DNA from: a bacterium
GTDB lineage: Bacteria; Patescibacteriota; Minisyncoccia; UBA6257; GWB1-50-10
DNA: 64,000 bases
Assembly: GCA_021801565.1 (NCBI GenBank)
Contig: JAJYXV010000015.1
Coordinates: 91,168 to 155,167, forward strand
Direction of reading: 5' to 3'
Below the pieces are notes generated by a model. The model searched no databases, had not been told where the DNA came from, and saw only the letters and a list, made by a program, of their open reading frames with translations. Both the position numbers and the translations under genes were made by a program. This document shows, piece after piece, positions 59,429 to 64,000 of this stretch. Each line of letters opens with the position of its first letter. Position 1 is the first letter of the stretch.

Positions 59429-59503
59429 TGGTGCGCCCGGAGGGATTCGAACCCCCAACGACTGCTTCGAAGGCAGTTATGATATCCGTTTCACTACGGG
59501 CGC
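59429..59503 (-). tRNA. tRNA-Arg(TCG)
   Basis: GCGCCCG/CGGGCGC-ACCA; loop CTTCGAA. Confidence 0.94.
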
Positions 59504-59583
59504 AACATTATCATTCTAATGTGATTTGTATTAAATTATCAAATTTGTTAATTTCTTGATTTCTGCCGTAAAATGAATATGAG

Positions 59584-61152
59584 ATGAAAGAGTTTTTAAT
59601 TCCAGAAGAAATACAAGAAATAGCGGAAACGCTTACACGAAATGGATATGAAGCATATCTCGTTGGGGGATGTGTGCGTGATCTTTTGATTGGTAATTCA
59701 CTAACCGGCGGACCGAAGGATTGGGACATTACCACAAATGCACATCCAAAAGAAATACAAAAACTTTTTTCCACCTTCGCGGGTGCTACGGCGGACAAGC
59801 CCGCAACCGTGTATGAAAATGATTTTGGGACGGTGGGAATAAAAACAAGATCAGAGGATTCTACATTAAAAGTTGTTGAGGTGACCACGTTTCGTATTGA
59901 GGGGACATATTCAGATAAGCGCCACCCGGATGAAATAAAATTTGCAAAAACAATTGAAGAAGATTTATCACGAAGAGATTTTACGGTGAATGCGATGGCG
60001 CTTTCGTTAACTAATAACCCACAACAAACAATTCACAATAAGAGAAAAGAAAATGTTGTCGGTAGTAAGTTGTCGGTTGTTGGTCTACTTATTGATCCAT
60101 ATAGAGGACAGGAAGATTTGAAGGATAAAATTATCCGCACGGTGGGAGATGCAGAAAAGCGATTTAATGAAGATGCGCTTCGGTTGTTGCGTGCAGTGCG
60201 TCTTTCCGCACAGCTCGGATTCGAAATAGAACAAGAAACACAAAAAGTAATAAAGAAAAATGCGCCACTGTTAAAGCATATCGCCGAAGAACGAATTCGC
60301 GACGAGTTCCAAAAACTTATTATGACTCCGCGCGCCGCTGAAGGAATGTTTATGCTTCAAAAGTTCGATTTGCTTGAGTATATTATTCCCGAACTTTTGG
60401 AAGGAGTTGGGTGCAAACAAAACAAACACCACGTCTACACAGTATTTGAACATAACGTGCGGGCACTTGAATATGCAACAGAAAAAAATTATTCACTTGA
60501 GGTGCGTCTAGCGTCGCTTTTACATGATGTTGGAAAACCACGGACAAAAAGTGGGAGCGGAGAAAGTGCAACATTTTATAATCATGAAATGGTTGGTGCG
60601 CGAATGGCCAAAGATGTGCTTGATCGACTTCGATTTCCCCGCGATCTCGTACAGAAAGTGCGCCATCTCATCCGTTACCACATGTTCTACTATAATGTGG
60701 GAGAAGTAAGCGAGGCTGGGGTGCGGCGATTTATCGCACGCATCGGAGTTGAAAATATAGATGATATTTTGAGTGTGCGTGAGGCTGATCGTGTTGGTTC
60801 AAAAGTACCAAAGGCATTTCCCTACAAACTCCGTCATCTTCTTTTTATGATTGACAAGGTGCGTCACGATCCGGTGCATCCAAAAATGCTCGCGGTAAAA
60901 GGCGATGATATTATGAGATTTTTAAATATTCCAGCTGGTCCGCGCATAGGCGATATATTATTTGTACTTCTCGAGGAGGTGTTAGATGATCCATCAAAAA
61001 ACACAAAGGAGTATCTTAAGGAAAAAGTAAAAGAGCTTGGGGTGCTTTCTCTTGTTGAATTAAGAAAACTTGCAGATGAGGGGAGAAAAAAAAGAGACTC
61101 GATTGAAGAGGGGGTTGAAAATGACATAAAAAAACGCTATTTTGTGAAATAG
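59584..61152 (+). CDS. cca: CCA tRNA nucleotidyltransferase with HD domain
   Basis: VGGCVRD, DWDIT, RRDFTVNA, EDALR, ERI, LLHDVGK. Confidence 0.93.
   Translation: MKEFLIPEEIQEIAETLTRNGYEAYLVGGCVRDLLIGNSLTGGPKDWDITTNAHPKEIQKLFSTFAGATADKPATVYENDFGTVGIKTRSEDSTLKVVEVTTFRIEGTYSDKRHPDEIKFAKTIEEDLSRRDFTVNAMALSLTNNPQQTIHNKRKENVVGSKLSVVGLLIDPYRGQEDLKDKIIRTVGDAEKRFNEDALRLLRAVRLSAQLGFEIEQETQKVIKKNAPLLKHIAEERIRDEFQKLIMTPRAAEGMFMLQKFDLLEYIIPELLEGVGCKQNKHHVYTVFEHNVRALEYATEKNYSLEVRLASLLHDVGKPRTKSGSGESATFYNHEMVGARMAKDVLDRLRFPRDLVQKVRHLIRYHMFYYNVGEVSEAGVRRFIARIGVENIDDILSVREADRVGSKVPKAFPYKLRHLLFMIDKVRHDPVHPKMLAVKGDDIMRFLNIPAGPRIGDILFVLLEEVLDDPSKNTKEYLKEKVKELGVLSLVELRKLADEGRKKRDSIEEGVENDIKKRYFVK
60010..60084. 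repeat. Inverted heptamer-repeat hairpin inside cca
   Basis: (ACnnACA-like)x4 ... (TGTnnGT-like)x4; 75 bp, in frame. Confidence 0.7.
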
Positions 61153-61155
61153 GCA

Positions 61156-61563
61156 ATGAATAAGTTTTTCGAGAAAAAGATTTGGAGAGCGCTCGCAGTC
61201 ACATGGGGAACACTCTATCTCGTATTGATTACGTTGGATTTTTTCTTTGCGAACAAATATGAGTATATACTTGGCTCGTTCGGAACGCTCTATATCGCGG
61301 TTCTGAGTATTTTTGTGGGGAGTAAGGAATTCGACCGCTGGCATGACAGTCACCCGGGAAAACGTCATGGAGAATTTTTTGTTATTGCGTTCAGTATTAT
61401 CCTCGTCGTGTTCTTTGTTTCATCTTTTTTTCTTGGACCGGAATATAAAGTGGGTACCGATATAATTGCGACGTATATTGCAATTCTTTCCGTTTATGTA
61501 TTGAGTCAGAAATCGAAAGAATTATACGGTGCGCATCGCGAAGATCAGAAACATTTGTTATAG
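61156..61563 (+). CDS. Hypothetical 4-TM protein
   Basis: Four hydrophobic segments, KEFDRW and GE.FV motifs. Confidence 0.75.
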   Translation: MNKFFEKKIWRALAVTWGTLYLVLITLDFFFANKYEYILGSFGTLYIAVLSIFVGSKEFDRWHDSHPGKRHGEFFVIAFSIILVVFFVSSFFLGPEYKVGTDIIATYIAILSVYVLSQKSKELYGAHREDQKHLL

Positions 61564-61656
61564 TGTCTCAACGCGGGGTGGAGTCAAAAAGAAAAACATG
61601 TTTTCTATGTGATAAATATGACGGCAGTACACACGTTTTGGGGTTGAATATTTTGT

Positions 61657-61727
61657 CGGGGCGGAGTATGTCGGTAGTACGCACGCTTCGGGTGCGTGTA
61701 GACCGAGTTCAATTCTCGGCGCCCCGA
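61657..61727 (+). tRNA. tRNA-Pro(CGG)
   Basis: CGGGGCG/CGCCCCG-A; loop TTCGGGT; T-arm CCGAG-TTCAATT-CTCGG. Confidence 0.92.
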
Positions 61728-61796
61728 CAAAATATTCAACGGGAATGTTGGGGACATTCCCTGGAAATTTATAAAAAATTTATATAGACAGGGTTC

Positions 61797-61836
61797 CCCG
61801 CCTGCCCTGCCTGCCGTCAGGCGGGCGTCGGGCAGG
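61797..61836 (+). repeat. Nested pair of 20-nt REP-like palindromes
   Basis: CCCGCCTGC[CCTGCCTGCCGTCAGGCGGG]CGTCGGGCAGG. Confidence 0.8.
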
Positions 61837-61845
61837 AATTCCCTG

Positions 61846-61876
61846 CTTGCCCGTCCGTAGCTTTAGCGAAGGCGGG
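61846..61876 (+). repeat. 31-nt REP-like element of a second type
   Basis: CTTGCCCGTCCGTAGCTTTAGCGAAGGCGGG hairpin. Confidence 0.7.
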
Positions 61877-61972
61877 TAGCCCGATAAAATAACATTACCA
61901 ATAAACAAAAAACTCCCACATGGGAGTTTTCAACTTTGTTTTACTGTTTCAAAAAAATTATAATTTATACAT

Positions 61973-62668
61973 ATGATTCTTAAAATTGCCCATCGTGGAG
62001 CATCTGCATACAAGCCGGAGGATACCATTATTGCGTTTCAAAAAGCGCTTGAAATGAAAGCGGATGCACTTGGAATTGATGTACACGTATGTAAAAGCGG
62101 AGAGGTGGTGGTAATACACGACAGGACGTTGAGGCGGATAACAAATGGAAAAGGACACGTGCGCGACAAGACGCTCACTGAACTAAAACAGCTTATTGTG
62201 GAGGGGAGTGCACACATAGCGACACTTGAAGAAACAATTAATTTTGTTGATAGAAAGATGAAGTTAGACATTGAATTGAAGGAAAGGGGATGTGCAGAAC
62301 CCACATATAGAATTGTTAAAAATGCAATTGAAAAACACGGATGGCTGTATGACAATTTTTTCATTTCATCGTTTATTCGTTCAGAACTTAAAACCATGAA
62401 ACTATTGGACAATAAAATCCAATTAAGTGTTTTGTTTAACTGGTTGCTTCAATTTGGTGTGTTTCGGTTTGCAAAGAAAATTGGTGCCTATTCGATTAAT
62501 CCATCACTTTTGGTTACGAACAAAAAACTTGTGGATTATGCACATAAAGAGGGGATGAAAGTTTTTGTATGGACAGTGAACAAGGAAAAAGATATCACAC
62601 AAATGAAAAGGATTGGTGTTGATGGTATCTTTTCTGATTTTCCTGATAGATTAAAAAAAGTATTGTAA
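61973..62668 (+). CDS. Glycerophosphodiester phosphodiesterase family
   Basis: AHRGAS, IHD, IELK, SSF, WTVN, GVDGI.SD.P. Confidence 0.9.
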   Translation: MILKIAHRGASAYKPEDTIIAFQKALEMKADALGIDVHVCKSGEVVVIHDRTLRRITNGKGHVRDKTLTELKQLIVEGSAHIATLEETINFVDRKMKLDIELKERGCAEPTYRIVKNAIEKHGWLYDNFFISSFIRSELKTMKLLDNKIQLSVLFNWLLQFGVFRFAKKIGAYSINPSLLVTNKKLVDYAHKEGMKVFVWTVNKEKDITQMKRIGVDGIFSDFPDRLKKVL

Positions 62669-62685
62669 AACATAACATTTTACCG

Positions 62686-62955
62686 TTCCCGGTATGTGGG
62701 TGTCGGTGGGCTTGCCGGAAAATAAGTGAAGAGATAGAGTGATGCTAGCCCTCTAATAAAATTGGGAAAAGATTCCTGTAACGAGGAATGATAGCTGCAC
62801 GTATTTATATTGATGTGTGTGCACCGCGGTCAGTGAGAGCAGAATTCTTATCGTTTGGCTGATAAGAAAGTTAGTTTCCGCATTTGTGTGTACGCTGTTA
62901 AACCCAAAGCCTTTTAGAGATCAGAAACACAAGAGCATCAATGATGCTCTTTTTT
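62686..62955 (+). ncRNA. Candidate multi-stem structured RNA ending in an intrinsic terminator
   Basis: Several nested helices with G-U pairs on the + strand; terminator AAGAGCATC-AAT-GATGCTCTT-TTTT at 62931-62955. Confidence 0.45.
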
Positions 62956-63137
62956 GTTGAAAAAAAATTTTACGGGCGTAAAATAAAAATATATTTATAA
63001 AATTCTGTCAGAAATTCTGCCCGCAGCAGACGGGTGCGACCACGAAAATTTACTCAACTCAACACATATGAACATCAGTCGAATAATAATTATGAATCAT
63101 AGACCATATCGTTTATTCGCGGTCTACTTCTAACGGA

Positions 63138-64000
63138 ATGAAACTTGAGGGGAAAACGTGTTTGATTTTATATAATACACAGGGAAGCGCTGGTTCTACA
63201 TCATCAGTAATTAATGATGATAGTTTTGATTCACTTGCCGAATCGCGCGATGAGGTACAAATTATAAAAAAGTTTTTAAGAGAATTTGGACTCACGGTGC
63301 GCGTGATGGGGATTCAACGAATTAACGCGCGCATTATTTCAAAAATAGAAGACGTGAATCCCGACTTTGTATTTAACCTGTGTGAATCGCTTTATGAGCG
63401 GAGCCAGACCGAGATGTATGTAGCGGGAATGCTTGAACTACTTCGTATTCCTTATACGGGTAATCCTCCTTTTGCACTCGGGTTAGCGCTCAACAAAATG
63501 AAATGCAAACAAATTTTTGATTCCGCCGGAATTCCAACTCCGTCATCAATTGTGGTTCCTGTTGGTGAAACGCCGAATGTTGAAAACCTCACTCCGCCCT
63601 ATATTGTGAAGCCGGTGCGAGAAGATGGGAGCGCCGGCATTACAAAGGATTCCGTGGTAGAGACACAAGGGGAAGTGGAAAAATTAATTGCGATTATTCA
63701 CAAAGAATATAATCAACCCGCAGTCGTTGAAGAATTTATTGAGGGAAGAGAATTCACTGTTGCGGTGGTCGGCAATCCACCACGCGTTTTGGGAATCGGA
63801 GAGATTAATTTTTCGACCGTTCCAAAAAAAGAACCCAAAATTATTTCATATAAGACAAAATGGGATGCAGAAAAACCACTCGATACAATTTTTCCGGCAG
63901 ACATTGATGCCTCACTTAAAAATCGTATTGAAAAATATGCACTCAAGGCGTTCCAGGCGATTGGATGCAGAGATTATGTGCGGATTGATATACGCGTAAG
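63138..64000 (+). CDS. D-Ala--D-Ala ligase-like ATP-grasp enzyme (3'-truncated by window edge)
   Basis: Manual translation: PDFVFNLCE, IPYTG, IVKPVREDGSAGI, VEEFIEGREF, GCRDYVRIDIR. Confidence 0.9.
   Translation, partial: MKLEGKTCLILYNTQGSAGSTSSVINDDSFDSLAESRDEVQIIKKFLREFGLTVRVMGIQRINARIISKIEDVNPDFVFNLCESLYERSQTEMYVAGMLELLRIPYTGNPPFALGLALNKMKCKQIFDSAGIPTPSSIVVPVGETPNVENLTPPYIVKPVREDGSAGITKDSVVETQGEVEKLIAIIHKEYNQPAVVEEFIEGREFTVAVVGNPPRVLGIGEINFSTVPKKEPKIISYKTKWDAEKPLDTIFPADIDASLKNRIEKYALKAFQAIGCRDYVRIDIRV

Larger units (their letters stand above)
61785..61884 (+). pseudogene. 3' tRNA fragment (Pro-like) interrupted by REP-like insertions
   Basis: Removing 61797-61836 and 61846-61876 leaves TAGA-CAGGG-TTCAATT-CCCTG-TAGCCCG-A. 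Confidence 0.7.

Noticed and set aside
62720-62930. T-box, lysine riboswitch or group I intron
   Set aside because: Only fragments resemble them (GTGCACCGCG, AATTGGGAAA); the required motifs and their order are missing.
1-64000. CRISPR array, rRNA, integrase or transposase
   Set aside because: No regularly spaced direct repeats, rRNA signatures or recombinase motifs seen in any ORF.
1-64000. Alternative genetic code (UGA=Gly)
   Set aside because: Conserved genes are uninterrupted under code 11 and several end in TGA (rpmI, udg, trpS).

Overview
Origin-proximal 64 kb of a small, AT-rich bacterial genome. It most resembles Patescibacteria/CPR (Parcubacteria-like), judged from gene content and order and from repeat types; TGA is used as a stop. 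The window opens inside dnaA, followed by oriC and dnaN. It then carries housekeeping genes (PBP1A, ruvABC, polA, tsaE, pilB, holA, rpsT, murB, infC-rpmI-rplT, ssrA-smpB, argS, ileS, trpS, rnj, secG, gpmI, rny, hup, recG, cca), two ECF-sigma operons, seven intact tRNAs and several orphan monocistronic genes. No CRISPR array, rRNA, integrase or transposase is visible. The unusual signal is a layer of very small non-coding mobile DNA: (1) a complete tRNA-Gly with complementary leader and trailer, inserted into the anticodon loop of a second copy of the same tRNA; (2) 20-nt GC-rich palindromes that insert without target duplication into tRNA sequences and into each other at the same position; (3) two identical 128-bp MITE-like copies that each duplicate the TTGAC of a sigma70 -35 box; (4) CCCCGTTAGA...TCTAACGGGG elements with TNAA-type duplications, one of them in-frame inside a gene. 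Also notable are a probable leaderless AUC-start infC, an IleRS with an inserted histidine-phosphatase domain, two candidate structured ncRNAs and several small ORFs missing from the ORF track.
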